Virus record (IMG/VR): IMGVR_UViG_2934156241_000001
Coordinates: 31,559-95,558 of that record
DNA: 64,000 nt
Direction: 5' to 3' (one strand)
Origin: a virus
Lineage: Duplodnaviria; Caudoviricetes
Part shown: positions 9,961 to 18,733 of the stretch, piece after piece
Layout of the letters: the number at the start of each line of letters is the position of its first letter
Numbering within the stretch: the first letter of the stretch is position 1
Translations under genes and position numbers: made by a program
The notes under the pieces: generated by a model
Told to the model about the DNA's origin: nothing
Databases searched by the model: none
The model's input: only the letters and a program-made list of their open reading frames with translations

Positions 9961-10013
9961 CCGGTAGGCGTCGCACCTGGTCACCGCCCCTCCCCACCGC
10001 CCACGCATACCCC

Positions 10014-10052
10014 ATGTTGCAACTTGACGTTGCAACATGGGAATGCAATTAT
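10014..10052 (+). promoter_or_regulatory. TTGCAA 13-bp-period promoter/operator, copy 6
   Basis: TTGCAA 10017, 10030, ATGCAA 10043; TTGACG -35. Confidence 0.85.
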
Positions 10053-10095
10053 GTGTGTGAGGGAGGGCGCCAAGCCAGCCCCGGAAGGGAACGCC

Positions 10096-10596
10096 ATGAC
10101 GAAGACCGCCGCCCGCGCCGCCGCCGCCCGCACCCGGGACCTGGCCGACATCATCAGCAGCCGCACCGCACTCCACCCCGCACGGGACGTACGCCTGCGG
10201 ATGATCGACTACCTGACCGCCGCGGCCGCCGCCTTCGAGGAGAGCGACGGCGCAGTCACCCCGTTCGGCGCCGCCGCCGCACTCCTCCAGTGCCAGGCGC
10301 TCGCCGACAACCACCCGGCCGCCGGGGTCGCGGAAGACGTCTTCTACTACGTCGCCGCCCCCGTGAGCCGCTGCAACCCCGAGGTGCCCGACCTCGCCCC
10401 CGTGAGCTCGGTCCTCGCCGGACAGGAGAGCCGCCTCCGCTCCCAGATCAGCCTGGCCGCCCACGACCTCGACCGAGAGGGCGACGCCACCAACCGCTAC
10501 GCAATCCTCGCCACCCTCGCGGACCTTCACTACCGCTTTGACCGCCTCGCGGAGACCGTGCAGGCCGACAACCTCCGCCCCACCCCAACCCGCTGA
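10096..10596 (+). CDS. Hypothetical protein
   Basis: GGAAGGGA RBS; high GC3. Confidence 0.75.
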   Translation: MTKTAARAAAARTRDLADIISSRTALHPARDVRLRMIDYLTAAAAAFEESDGAVTPFGAAAALLQCQALADNHPAAGVAEDVFYYVAAPVSRCNPEVPDLAPVSSVLAGQESRLRSQISLAAHDLDREGDATNRYAILATLADLHYRFDRLAETVQADNLRPTPTR

Positions 10597-10665
10597 CGCA
10601 CCCCCGGGCCGCCCCCACCGGGGCGGCCCCCACTCCACCTCACCAGCGCCACGACCGGCGCGGAG

Positions 10666-11019
10666 ATGACCGTGGGGCGCGGCTGCTGCAAGCGCGTCAC
10701 CGGCTGGCCCCTGAGCGCCGCCGAGGCCCGCCGCCTCCTCGACCAGGCCCAGCGCGAGGCCCGCGCTCTGGAGGCCTGGGGTGACAGGTGCCGCACGGCC
10801 CTGGCCGTGGGTCGGTTCCCCCGCGACCGCGCGCAGACCATCGGGAGCGCCCTCGTGTCGGACATGCTCGACGGCGCCCCGCAGCACCGCGTCGAGCGAC
10901 GCGCCGCCGAGCTGCCCGCCCTGGTTGGCGCCCTCGGCTGCGCCGGTGCCCCACTGGCCGACCTGGTGGCCGTCGGCGAAGTCCACCGGCGCCGCCGCCT
11001 CGGCATTCCCTGGGTCTGA
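10666..11019 (+). CDS. Hypothetical protein
   Basis: ORF filling the cassette; start uncertain. Confidence 0.5.
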   Translation: MTVGRGCCKRVTGWPLSAAEARRLLDQAQREARALEAWGDRCRTALAVGRFPRDRAQTIGSALVSDMLDGAPQHRVERRAAELPALVGALGCAGAPLADLVAVGEVHRRRRLGIPWV

Positions 11020-11048
11020 CCTGCCCGGCCGCCACCCAGCGCGACACG

Positions 11049-11107
11049 CCCATAGTTGCAACTCCACATTGCTACTTGACATTGCAATGTCGAGTTGCAA
11101 CTATGGG
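11049..11107 (+). promoter_or_regulatory. TTGCAA 13-bp-period promoter/operator, copy 7 (four boxes, near-perfect 59-bp palindrome)
   Basis: Boxes at 11056, 11069 (TTGCTA), 11082, 11095; outer 16-bp arms cccatagttgcaactc / gagttgcaactatggg are exact inverted repeats. Confidence 0.9.
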
Positions 11108-11156
11108 TTTCGGGAGGGGGTGCCAAAGCCCCCACCGCACGAGAACGGAGCAGCCC

Positions 11157-11891
11157 ATGCGCACCCACGCCACCGCCCAGCTCACCGGGGGACGGGACAA
11201 CCAGTGCGACGCCACCGCCGTCTACACCACCCCCAACGGCACCCGCGCATACGTGCTGCTGGACGGAATCGGCGACACCGAGCACGTCCGGGAGTGGACC
11301 CGGGCCGCGGCCCGCCGCCTCGCCCGCACCGCCGCCCGCCACGGGGACGCGGACAGCGGCCTCCGCGCCGTATACGCCGCCTACCAGGCCGAAGACCTGC
11401 GACAGGACGTCTACGCCCGGGACTACGCCCCGATGGCCGCCGCCGTGGTGGTCGTCACCGCCCCCGGTAAGCCGCTGTCCGTGGCCTGGGCCGGCGACTC
11501 CCGCGCGTACCTCCTCGTGGACGCCAAACTCCAGCGCCTCACCAACGACCACAACCTCCGCCGCGTCTACCCGCCGTGCGCGACGTACCCGGAAGGCGGC
11601 AACCGACACCGCATCACCGCATGCCTCGGGTCCTGGCAGACCGACGAGGACGCCATGGACTACGCGGGCCACCCCGCGATGGAGTCCACGACCGTCCCGG
11701 CCCGGAAGTGCCGGCTGCTGCTCGCCTCCGATGGCGCCTACGAGCCGATCCAGGACAACGGCGCCGACCTGCGGACCTACCTCCACGGCACCCCGGCCAA
11801 CGTCGCCCGGGACCTGGTGGAGACCGCCATCGCCTGGGCCGGGACCCGCCCGGACAACGCCACGGTGCTCATCGCCGACCTGACCGCCTGA
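11157..11891 (+). CDS. PP2C/PPM-family Ser/Thr protein phosphatase-like
   Basis: Motifs RDNQCD, LLDGIG, AWAGDSRAY, LTNDHN, LLLASDG, DNATV. Confidence 0.85.
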   Translation: MRTHATAQLTGGRDNQCDATAVYTTPNGTRAYVLLDGIGDTEHVREWTRAAARRLARTAARHGDADSGLRAVYAAYQAEDLRQDVYARDYAPMAAAVVVVTAPGKPLSVAWAGDSRAYLLVDAKLQRLTNDHNLRRVYPPCATYPEGGNRHRITACLGSWQTDEDAMDYAGHPAMESTTVPARKCRLLLASDGAYEPIQDNGADLRTYLHGTPANVARDLVETAIAWAGTRPDNATVLIADLTA

Positions 11892-11948
11892 TCCACCCGA
11901 CACGGGCCGCCCCACCCCGGGGCGGCCCCGGCCCCCAGGAGCACCGTC

Positions 11949-12449
11949 ATGACGCACTTCGCCGCCCCCGCCCTGCCCGAAGGCACCGTCCCCGTGGGCG
12001 CCCTGGTCACCTACCACGGCAGCTTGGCCGAGCTCCACGGACAGCGCTTCAAGGTCATCCCCTGCGGCTGGCACTGCGACCGCGACACCGACGACATGGA
12101 CGGCGCCTCGGACCCTTGCCGCCTCGACGCCCCGGAGCCCCGGTTCGGCCTGTACGACCCGACCACGGGCCAGCCCGTCATCGAACACGTCCGCGCCACG
12201 AGCATCACCCCGGTGACCACGACGTGGCCCTCCGACGCCGTCCCGTTCCGCATCGCCTCGTACTGGTACATGGCCAGCCACACCACCCGCGGCGGCAGCA
12301 GCCATGCCCGGGTCGTGCACTTCTACCGCGACGGCGACACCCGGGGCATCCCCAACGCGGAGACCTGGTGCCGCCTGCGCACCGGCCCCGTCAGCGACCT
12401 CATCCGCCACCTCGACGGCCAAGCCCGCGACCGCACGCGGACGCTCTGA
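11949..12449 (+). CDS. Hypothetical protein
   Basis: AGGAG RBS; ATG 11949. Confidence 0.7.
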   Translation: MTHFAAPALPEGTVPVGALVTYHGSLAELHGQRFKVIPCGWHCDRDTDDMDGASDPCRLDAPEPRFGLYDPTTGQPVIEHVRATSITPVTTTWPSDAVPFRIASYWYMASHTTRGGSSHARVVHFYRDGDTRGIPNAETWCRLRTGPVSDLIRHLDGQARDRTRTL

Positions 12450-12454
12450 CCCCT

Positions 12455-12499
12455 TGTCCGGACAGTGTCCGGGCCTGTCCGCCCCTCCTCGACGGACAC
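12455..12499. repeat. TGTCCGGACA/CGGACAC repeat cluster 1
   Basis: tgtccggacagtgtccgggcctgtccg...cggacac. Confidence 0.65.
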
Positions 12500-12550
12500 G
12501 CCCGGTCGCCTGCCCAGGCACCACCCACACCACGACGAAAGGCGCCACCC

Positions 12551-13483
12551 ATGGCACACATCGACATCACCCACTCCGCCCAGGAAGGCACCCTCGCGGA
12601 CGGCGGCGAGAAGGGCGACGGCACCGGCGGCATCCTGTACGCCCACGGCTTCCGCTGGTTCCGGTCCCTGCGCCAGTACGGCATCCGTAGCTCCCGAGAC
12701 CGGGCCCCGCGACTGATCCTCATGCACACCGTCGCCGAGCAGCTCCGCGCCAACGGGCACACCGCGACCGTCACCGTGGACGGCGAGGTCCGCGACAACG
12801 CCACGGTGCGCGCCGACCAGCACGAGCGCCTGGAGGACCGGCGCACTGCGCTGGAGGCCGAGGGCCAGAAGCTCGCCAAGGAGGCCGAGGTCCTGCGCCG
12901 CCGCTCCGACGAGATGGTCGAGCACCTCCCCCTCGGACAGCCGGTCATGCCCGGCCGACGCGGCCAGTCACACCGCAACCTCCTGAACCGCAGCATCGAC
13001 ACCTCAATCCGCTCGGCCCTCACCGCCCAGGAAGCCGACCGGATGCCCGACCGCATCGCAGGGTCCCGGCGGCAGGAGGCCCACCGCGAGCGGCTGGACG
13101 TCACCGCGCGCCGAGTCGACCGCCTGAACACTGAGCTGCGTTCCCTGGACCGCCGCATGGCCCGGCTGTCCCTGTACCCGGAGACCGGCTCAAGCCTCCT
13201 GCGCCAGCAGTACGAGGGGGAACGCGCCGTGCTCGTCGAGCGGATCGCCGGCGACCAGGCAGTCCTGGACCGGGCCGTGGAGGAGGGCCGGTTCGGCCGC
13301 TACTCCAAGGGCAACGTCCATAAGGGCGACCTGGTCAAGGTCCGGGGCCAGTGGCGCACCGTCGCCCGAGCCAACGCCAAGACCGTGTCCGTGACGACCG
13401 GCTACTCCTGGACCGACAAATACGGCTGGGAGGAAGTCGCCGAACTGCGCTGCTCCCACGTCGAGGACGACGACCAGAGCTGA
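12551..13483 (+). CDS. DUF3560-like protein
   Basis: ITHS..EGTL..G..KGDG..GFRW.RS N-terminus, PLGQPV core, KGDLVKVRGQW..V.RANAKTVSV C-terminus; GAAAGG RBS. Confidence 0.7.
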   Translation: MAHIDITHSAQEGTLADGGEKGDGTGGILYAHGFRWFRSLRQYGIRSSRDRAPRLILMHTVAEQLRANGHTATVTVDGEVRDNATVRADQHERLEDRRTALEAEGQKLAKEAEVLRRRSDEMVEHLPLGQPVMPGRRGQSHRNLLNRSIDTSIRSALTAQEADRMPDRIAGSRRQEAHRERLDVTARRVDRLNTELRSLDRRMARLSLYPETGSSLLRQQYEGERAVLVERIAGDQAVLDRAVEEGRFGRYSKGNVHKGDLVKVRGQWRTVARANAKTVSVTTGYSWTDKYGWEEVAELRCSHVEDDDQS

Positions 13484-13494
13484 CCGTCAGCTCG

Positions 13495-13686
13495 GGACGG
13501 ACGGTGTCCGGACACCACGCGGACACTGTCCGCCCCGGTGTCCGGACTCCCTCTCTCCCGAGCCCGGACCAGCCCGCCCGGACACCCCCTGTCCGGAGAG
13601 TGTCCGCCCTGTCCCACCTGCACCGATGCCCACCCCCGGACACCCAGGCTCACGCCTGTCCGGACACCCCCGGACACCCTGTCCGC
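13495..13686. repeat. TGTCCGGACA/CCGGACAC repeat cluster 2 (more than 10 half-sites)
   Basis: Intergenic array of GGACA and TGTCC in both orientations. Confidence 0.85.
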
Positions 13687-13706
13687 CACACACCGGAAGG
13701 CCCCTC

Positions 13707-14402
13707 GTGATCACCACCCTCCTACTCCTCGCCGCCGCGTTCGCCGTCCACTGGTGGTGGACGAGGAAGCCGAGCACCCGCCACGGTGCCGGCGCCTCGG
13801 CCGCCGCCCGAGCCCGCCAACTCCGTACGCCCCTCGTCCGCCTGGCCACCGCCCTGGGCATCGCCACCGACGCGGAGCGAGAGGCGCACAACTGGGAGAT
13901 CGGCGCCCGGGGCGAGCGCCGTGCCGCCGCGCGCCTCCAGCCCCTGACCGATGACGGCTGGTGGATCCGCTACGACCTCGCCCTCCCTCCCGGGGAAGGG
14001 TCGGCGAACGTGGACGGCCTGGCCATCAGCCCTGCCGGGCGGCCGTTCGTCCTCGACCCGAAAGTCATGGACGGCCGCTTCCCCGTCACCGTCCGCGCGG
14101 GCCGCGTCCGGCACGGCGACCTGGACGTCACCCGGCGCATCCGCAGTGCGGGCAAGCAGGCCGCGGCTGTGTCCCGGGCCCTCGGCGTGCCGGTCGTCGC
14201 CATCGTCGCCATCGAGGGGGCCCAGCTCCTCGGCCCTCACGGGCGACCGGCCACCGAACTGGCCCTCGGCTCCATCCGCATCGTGCCGGCGCACCGCCTG
14301 CCCACCGTCCTGCGGGCCACCGCGCACATCCCCGGGCAACGCCGAGCCGCCGCCCTGGTGGCCACCGCAGAGCGGGTCCTGCCCCCGTACCGGGGACGCT
14401 GA
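13707..14402 (+). CDS. Membrane-anchored NERD (PD-(D/E)xK-type) nuclease-related protein
   Basis: N-terminal TM helix; GARGE...YDL....ANVDGLAISP....VLDPK. Confidence 0.8.
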   Translation: MITTLLLLAAAFAVHWWWTRKPSTRHGAGASAAARARQLRTPLVRLATALGIATDAEREAHNWEIGARGERRAAARLQPLTDDGWWIRYDLALPPGEGSANVDGLAISPAGRPFVLDPKVMDGRFPVTVRAGRVRHGDLDVTRRIRSAGKQAAAVSRALGVPVVAIVAIEGAQLLGPHGRPATELALGSIRIVPAHRLPTVLRATAHIPGQRRAAALVATAERVLPPYRGR

Positions 14403-14409
14403 CACGCCC

Positions 14410-14436
14410 CATGTTGCAACATGAGTATGCAAGTAT
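14410..14436 (+). promoter_or_regulatory. TTGCAA 13-bp-period operator, copy 8 (two boxes, no TTGACA)
   Basis: catgTTGCAAcatg palindrome (box 14414), ATGCAA 14427, then GTAT. Confidence 0.7.
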
Positions 14437-14479
14437 GTGGGTGTTGGGACAGGGACACCACACCGGCAGGAGCAGCACC

Positions 14480-15052
14480 ATGGCGCACCGCGAGACCACC
14501 GTCACCGTGTACGGCACCACCCGCACCATCCGTACCGAGCAGACCGGCACCGTGCGCCAGATGGAGACCGCCCACACCAAGGCGGTGAAGGCAGCACTCC
14601 AGGAGCTGCACACCACCGGCAAGGACGCCGCGCTGTCCGCCGCGAAGAAGGCCGCCGCTGCCGCTGACCGCGCCTGCCGCGACCGCCTCACCCCCGCGAC
14701 CGCAGTCGCCGCCGAGAACGCTCGGAGCCGCATCAAGCGCATCAACAAGCGCCAGTGGACCGGCTACTCCTTCCCCAACCTCGACGCCATGCGTCGCCCC
14801 CACGCGCCCGTAAAGTTCGACCTGGACCCCGCCGACACCCTCTTCGCCGACTGCCACGAGTTCATCGACCCCGACGCCCCCACCGAGCAGCCCCCGGTCG
14901 TCGAAGAGCCCCGCCCCCTGATGGGCGCGAAGGCGTTCCTGGACACTCTCCTGGCCGCCCACCAGCCGCCGGCCCCGACAGGCCAGGAGCCGACCGAGGA
15001 CACGGACCTGGAGGAGTTCCTGAACGGCTTCTTCGCCCCTGTCGCCGGCTGA
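14480..15052 (+). CDS. Hypothetical protein
   Basis: AGGAG RBS; ATG 14480. Confidence 0.75.
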   Translation: MAHRETTVTVYGTTRTIRTEQTGTVRQMETAHTKAVKAALQELHTTGKDAALSAAKKAAAAADRACRDRLTPATAVAAENARSRIKRINKRQWTGYSFPNLDAMRRPHAPVKFDLDPADTLFADCHEFIDPDAPTEQPPVVEEPRPLMGAKAFLDTLLAAHQPPAPTGQEPTEDTDLEEFLNGFFAPVAG

Positions 15053-15150
15053 CCGCACCTGCCCCCCAGGGGACGGCCCACCAGCCGTCCCCACCCCGGA
15101 GCCACACCCGACCGCCTGACCCGACACGGCCGACGCCCCCCTCCCAGTGA

Positions 15151-15191
15151 AGGGCCCGCACCACCGCCTCGGCGGACCGGTGCGGGCCCCT
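15151..15191. terminator. Hairpin between convergent genes
   Basis: gggcccgcacc...ggtgcgggccc. Confidence 0.6.
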
Positions 15192-15262
15192 CACATATCC
15201 CCTGGACCCAGCACCCGCGAGAGGCTGCCAGCCCAGCCACGGGGAGCCTGCCCCCGCAGGCC

Positions 15263-15658
15263 TTAAAGCCGATAGGCGATCTGTTCGTCTCGCAATGACT
15301 TCAGCATGTCCCTCAGCTCATTTTTTCGTTCGAGCGAGGTGTCTGGGTCGGCGATCTCGCCGCGAATCGTGGCAACCGCTTTTGCGTTCTTGCTGCGAAT
15401 TTCGCGCTCCTCAAGTTTCGCGAACGTCCAGCTCGTGAGGATCGTGAAGGCGATGGCTGCCACAGGGGCCAGGTAGAGAAAGCAGTCCTGCCAGAGGCTT
15501 GCGTCGTCTATGTGGTCGGCGATCGCAACGAGGCCGATGCCGCCCCCGGCGCCCCCGAAGGAAGCGCTCATCTGATCGTGATTGAAGACCTGTCGGTGTT
15601 GAGCAGACAGCGCATTTCCTGTGGTCGAGTGCCCGATTCCCGTGGCTTGATTTGGCAC
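15263..15658 (-). CDS. Small membrane protein with two hydrophobic segments (lower GC)
   Basis: Hydrophobic segments then charged helical tail; composition unlike its neighbours. Confidence 0.6.
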   Translation of the reverse strand: MPNQATGIGHSTTGNALSAQHRQVFNHDQMSASFGGAGGGIGLVAIADHIDDASLWQDCFLYLAPVAAIAFTILTSWTFAKLEEREIRSKNAKAVATIRGEIADPDTSLERKNELRDMLKSLRDEQIAYRL

Positions 15659-15662
15659 CGGG

Positions 15663-16001
15663 TCACCTGTTCTTTTCGCCGTGCGAATTGCTCATCAAGT
15701 AGCGCTCGGCTTCACTCGGCTTTGATAGATCGAGCTTGAGTCGCCTATCTCCGATGGTCACCGTTGCCTGGCTCGGATGACGAGACCGGAGCCAGGCCAC
15801 GATGACGCGAAACGCTGCTTGGGCGGCCGCTACGCCGCCGAATGCGACTAGAAGGTCAAGGGCGTCCATTTCCCCCCCTGGTTGATCGATGCTGATCGTT
15901 CCGTGAGAGCCCACAGCGTGGTTGGGCCACGGCAACCCGCGCTCATCCTCCCGCACCGAATGTCTCGCCGTTCGGCGAACTCCAACAGTGGACCCGGCCA
16001 C
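15663..16001 (-). CDS. EACC1-like (effector-associated constant component) small membrane protein; start uncertain
   Basis: PGGEMDALDLLVAFGG...VIVAWLRSR..ATVTIGDRRLKL resembles the EACC1 pattern as recalled. Confidence 0.45.
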   Translation of the reverse strand: MAGSTVGVRRTARHSVREDERGLPWPNHAVGSHGTISIDQPGGEMDALDLLVAFGGVAAAQAAFRVIVAWLRSRHPSQATVTIGDRRLKLDLSKPSEAERYLMSNSHGEKNR

Positions 16002-16048
16002 CTGCGTCTATCCTTCTGCGCCCTCTCCGTCGACCAGGGGAAACAGAC

Positions 16049-16894
16049 ATGACTCAGGCCGCCTACCTGCGCACCGAGACGATCCCGCTCGCCCAACTCG
16101 CCCCGTTCCCCGGCAACGCCAAGAGGGGCGACGTCGGAACGATCCTCACGAGCCTCTGCCACAACGGCCAATACCGCTCCCTCGTCGTCCGGGAGGTCGA
16201 GCCCGGCCGGTACGTCACCCTGACCGGGAACCACACCACCCAGGCCATCGCCGCCCACGGCCCCGGCGACTGTGGCATGACCGTCAAGACCGGGGACGAG
16301 GAACGCCCCTGCGGGATCTGCGGCAACCAGCCCTGGGAGCCCGTCGCCCGGTGCGAGGTCGTCGACTGCGACGAGGAAGCCGCCCGCCGCATCAACCTCG
16401 TGGACAACCGCAGCGCGGACCTCGGGACGTACGACGAACAGGCACTCGCGGAACTGATCGGCGGCCTCGACGACGTCGCCGGCACCGGCTGGAGCGACAC
16501 GGACCTTGCGGACCTGCTGACCGCCATCGAGGAGGCCGCCGACGAGGAGGTGTTCGCCGAGGAGGAGGAGCGGGCCCCGTCCACTGCTCCGGCCGCCACC
16601 CCCGGCGCCCCGGACACCGCCACCGGCGGGGCGACTGCGGCCGGCGACCACACCCCCACACCGCCCCCGCCCCCGGGCCGCGTACAGATGACACTGACCT
16701 ACCCACCAGCTGACCGCGACGAGGCCGCGCGTCTCGTGTCCGCCGCCCGGGAGGTGTTCCCCGCCGACGGGGCACCGGAGATCATCCTCCGCGCGCTGCG
16801 CGCCCTCGCAGCCGTCCTGGACTCCCGGCACGCCCACGACGGCGTCGTCACCGTGTCCGCGCTGCTCAAGGCCGCCGGGGTCGAGCAGTCGTGA
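16049..16894 (+). CDS. ParB/Srx N-terminal-domain protein, paralog 1
   Basis: L.PFPGNAKRGDV..I..SL...GQYR.LVV...L.GNH...A; ARRINLVDNR. Confidence 0.8.
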   Translation: MTQAAYLRTETIPLAQLAPFPGNAKRGDVGTILTSLCHNGQYRSLVVREVEPGRYVTLTGNHTTQAIAAHGPGDCGMTVKTGDEERPCGICGNQPWEPVARCEVVDCDEEAARRINLVDNRSADLGTYDEQALAELIGGLDDVAGTGWSDTDLADLLTAIEEAADEEVFAEEEERAPSTAPAATPGAPDTATGGATAAGDHTPTPPPPPGRVQMTLTYPPADRDEAARLVSAAREVFPADGAPEIILRALRALAAVLDSRHAHDGVVTVSALLKAAGVEQS

Positions 16895-17276
16895 GCACCG
16901 TCCTGCTGGAGGCCCCCCAGGTCCGGCCCCGCCGACTGCGCCGCCCGGAACGCCTCCTCACCCAGAACAGCGAAGGCCGGGTTCCGGCGCCTGGTCGAGC
17001 CGGCGCCCCCCCAGGAACCTCCGGTGGGTGTTCTCGTACGGCGGGACGGAGGACCACCTCATCCGCCCCGGCGACCGCGTCGCCGACGTCTTCCCGGACG
17101 ACGCCGCGATCCGGTCAGCGGGCTATCACTCCCAGGACGCGAGCGACCTCCTGGCCGTCCTCGGCCCGGCCCCTGTCGGCATCCCCGCGAACAGCATCCC
17201 GCAGTTCCGGCGCCGCATGGCCGGACGATCCTTCAGGGAGTGGCAGGCCGAGAGGGACGCAAGGCGGCGCCGGTAG
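16891..17276 (+). pseudogene. Internally deleted GP88-like phage gene
   Basis: N-terminus ending LLTQNSE is joined out of frame near 16975 to FRRLVEPAPPRNLRWVFSYGG...VGIPAN C-terminus; the central region is missing. Confidence 0.6.
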
Positions 17277-17627
17277 ATCCGACGACGCGAGGTCGGAACA
17301 CCGGAGCCCGAACCGCTTTCGATTCGAAAGTGACGCAGGTCACAGGAGTCAATTTCGGGACGCGATCACTAGCCGGTACGCACCAACTCACAGGCAGGAA
17401 TCCCTGTCGCGAACGACATTGGGAACCCTCGCCTGCGTTCAGCCTTCGATTCTCCGGGTGGGACATAGGGTTTGCAGCCCTGTAGTACAGGTGCGTGCCC
17501 TCAACTCCTGGCAATGCAAGGTAGCTTGAACGACGGAGAGCCACCGCCGAACCTCCACCGGCTGGAGACCTTGAAGGTTGGGCGATGACTCCCGACAACT
17601 CGTCATTCCCTCAGGAGAAGGAGCAAC

Positions 17628-17783
17628 ATGCCCGAGACTACCGCGTCCCGATTCGGCGGCCCCGGCCCCGGCTGGCGCAGGGCGAAGAGACTCACGTGGC
17701 GCGCCGCTCTGGGCGCTTCGTATGCGGCCGGGGCGGGCATCGTGACGCTCGCGGTGAAGTGGGCGACCACCAGCCTCCTCTGA
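17628..17783 (+). CDS. 51-aa basic/hydrophobic peptide
   Basis: Strong AGGAGAAGGAG RBS; MPETTASRFGG...GIVTLAVKWATTSLL; own terminator. Confidence 0.6.
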   Translation: MPETTASRFGGPGPGWRRAKRLTWRAALGASYAAGAGIVTLAVKWATTSLL

Positions 17784-17799
17784 CCGCCCAGCACCCAAT

Positions 17800-17826
17800 A
17801 GGGCCCCGCCTCGGCGGGGCCCTTTC
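17800..17826 (+). terminator. Intrinsic terminator
   Basis: agggccccgcc-tc-ggcggggccct followed by tt. Confidence 0.75.
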
Positions 17827-17946
17827 GCGTTCCGGTGAGACGACTCCAGCGCCCCCGCTGTTCAAGAGTGAGGTTCGCCGCCGAATCGGATTCCCTGCTT
17901 CCGCTTATCCTCTTCCGCCGCCATCACGCGACGAGGGGATCAGGAC

Positions 17947-18687
17947 ATGCCACAGGCCACGTACGAGGGCACTGTCACCGTGCCGCTCGCCGACCTCCAG
18001 CCGTTCCCCGGCAACGCCAAACGGGGCGACGTCGGGACGCTCCTCGCGAGCCTGCGCCGCCACGGCCAATACCGCTCCCTCGTCGTCCAGCACGTCCACC
18101 CCCCGGCCCCGGAAATCAGCACGGACAGCGCCACCCACGTGGACGCCCCACGCCGCCGGCTCGTCGTCCTCGCGGGCAACCACACCGCCCAGGCCCTGAA
18201 CCTCCACGGCGCCGGCGACTGCGGCCAGCCCGTCCAGGACGACACCGGCACCCGCCCCTGCGGGGTATGCGGCAACAACCCCGCATGGGAGCTGACCGCC
18301 CGGTGCGAGCTGGTCATCTGCGACGAGGACACCGCCCGCCGCATCAACCTCGTGGACAACCGGTCCTCCGACCTGGGCTCATACGACGCGGACGCCCTGG
18401 CCGAGCTCCTGTCCTTCCTGGACAACGACTACGCCGGCAGCGGCTACCAAGAGGCCGACGTCACGCGCCTACTGGCCCCGCCCCCCTCCATGGAGGAGCT
18501 GGTCGACAGCTACCGCGACCCGGAGGACGAGGACATGTGGCCCGTCCTCCGCTTCACCGTGCCCCCCGAAGTCCGTGACCACTTCTACGACCTCACCGCC
18601 GACTGCCTGACCCCCGGCGACGACACCGCCCGCTTCCAGCACCTCCTGGACCGCGTGGCCCCCACACCCCTCGGTGACGCCGTCTAG
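17947..18687 (+). CDS. ParB/Srx N-terminal-domain protein, paralog 2
   Basis: Same motifs as paralog 1. Confidence 0.8.
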   Translation: MPQATYEGTVTVPLADLQPFPGNAKRGDVGTLLASLRRHGQYRSLVVQHVHPPAPEISTDSATHVDAPRRRLVVLAGNHTAQALNLHGAGDCGQPVQDDTGTRPCGVCGNNPAWELTARCELVICDEDTARRINLVDNRSSDLGSYDADALAELLSFLDNDYAGSGYQEADVTRLLAPPPSMEELVDSYRDPEDEDMWPVLRFTVPPEVRDHFYDLTADCLTPGDDTARFQHLLDRVAPTPLGDAV

Positions 18688-18733
18688 CGCCGCGTCCTCG
18701 AGTCCACCCACCACCAGCACGGGAGTGCCCCAC

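Noticed and set aside
7579-11100. 1173-aa reverse ORF and other long antisense or alternate-frame ORFs (e.g. 30868-33156, 32694-35186, 38608-41235)
   Set aside because: Shadow ORFs typical of high-GC DNA. They are Arg/Gly/Pro-rich, lack motifs and overlap + strand genes with RBSs and recognisable families
1487-14436. TTGCAA repeats as a CRISPR array or integron attC sites
   Set aside because: Copies are kilobases apart, degenerate and promoter-shaped; no cas or integron integrase gene in the window
1487-14436. TTGCAA motif as a LexA, HspR (HAIR) or HrcA (CIRCE) box
   Set aside because: Does not match TCGAAC-N4-GTTCGA, CTTGAGT-N7-ACTCAAG or TTAGCACTC-N9-GAGTGCTAA
17280-17620. tRNA or known riboswitch (e.g. 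preQ1)
   Set aside because: No cloverleaf/T-loop or recognisable aptamer consensus by eye; an Infernal/Rfam scan would be decisive
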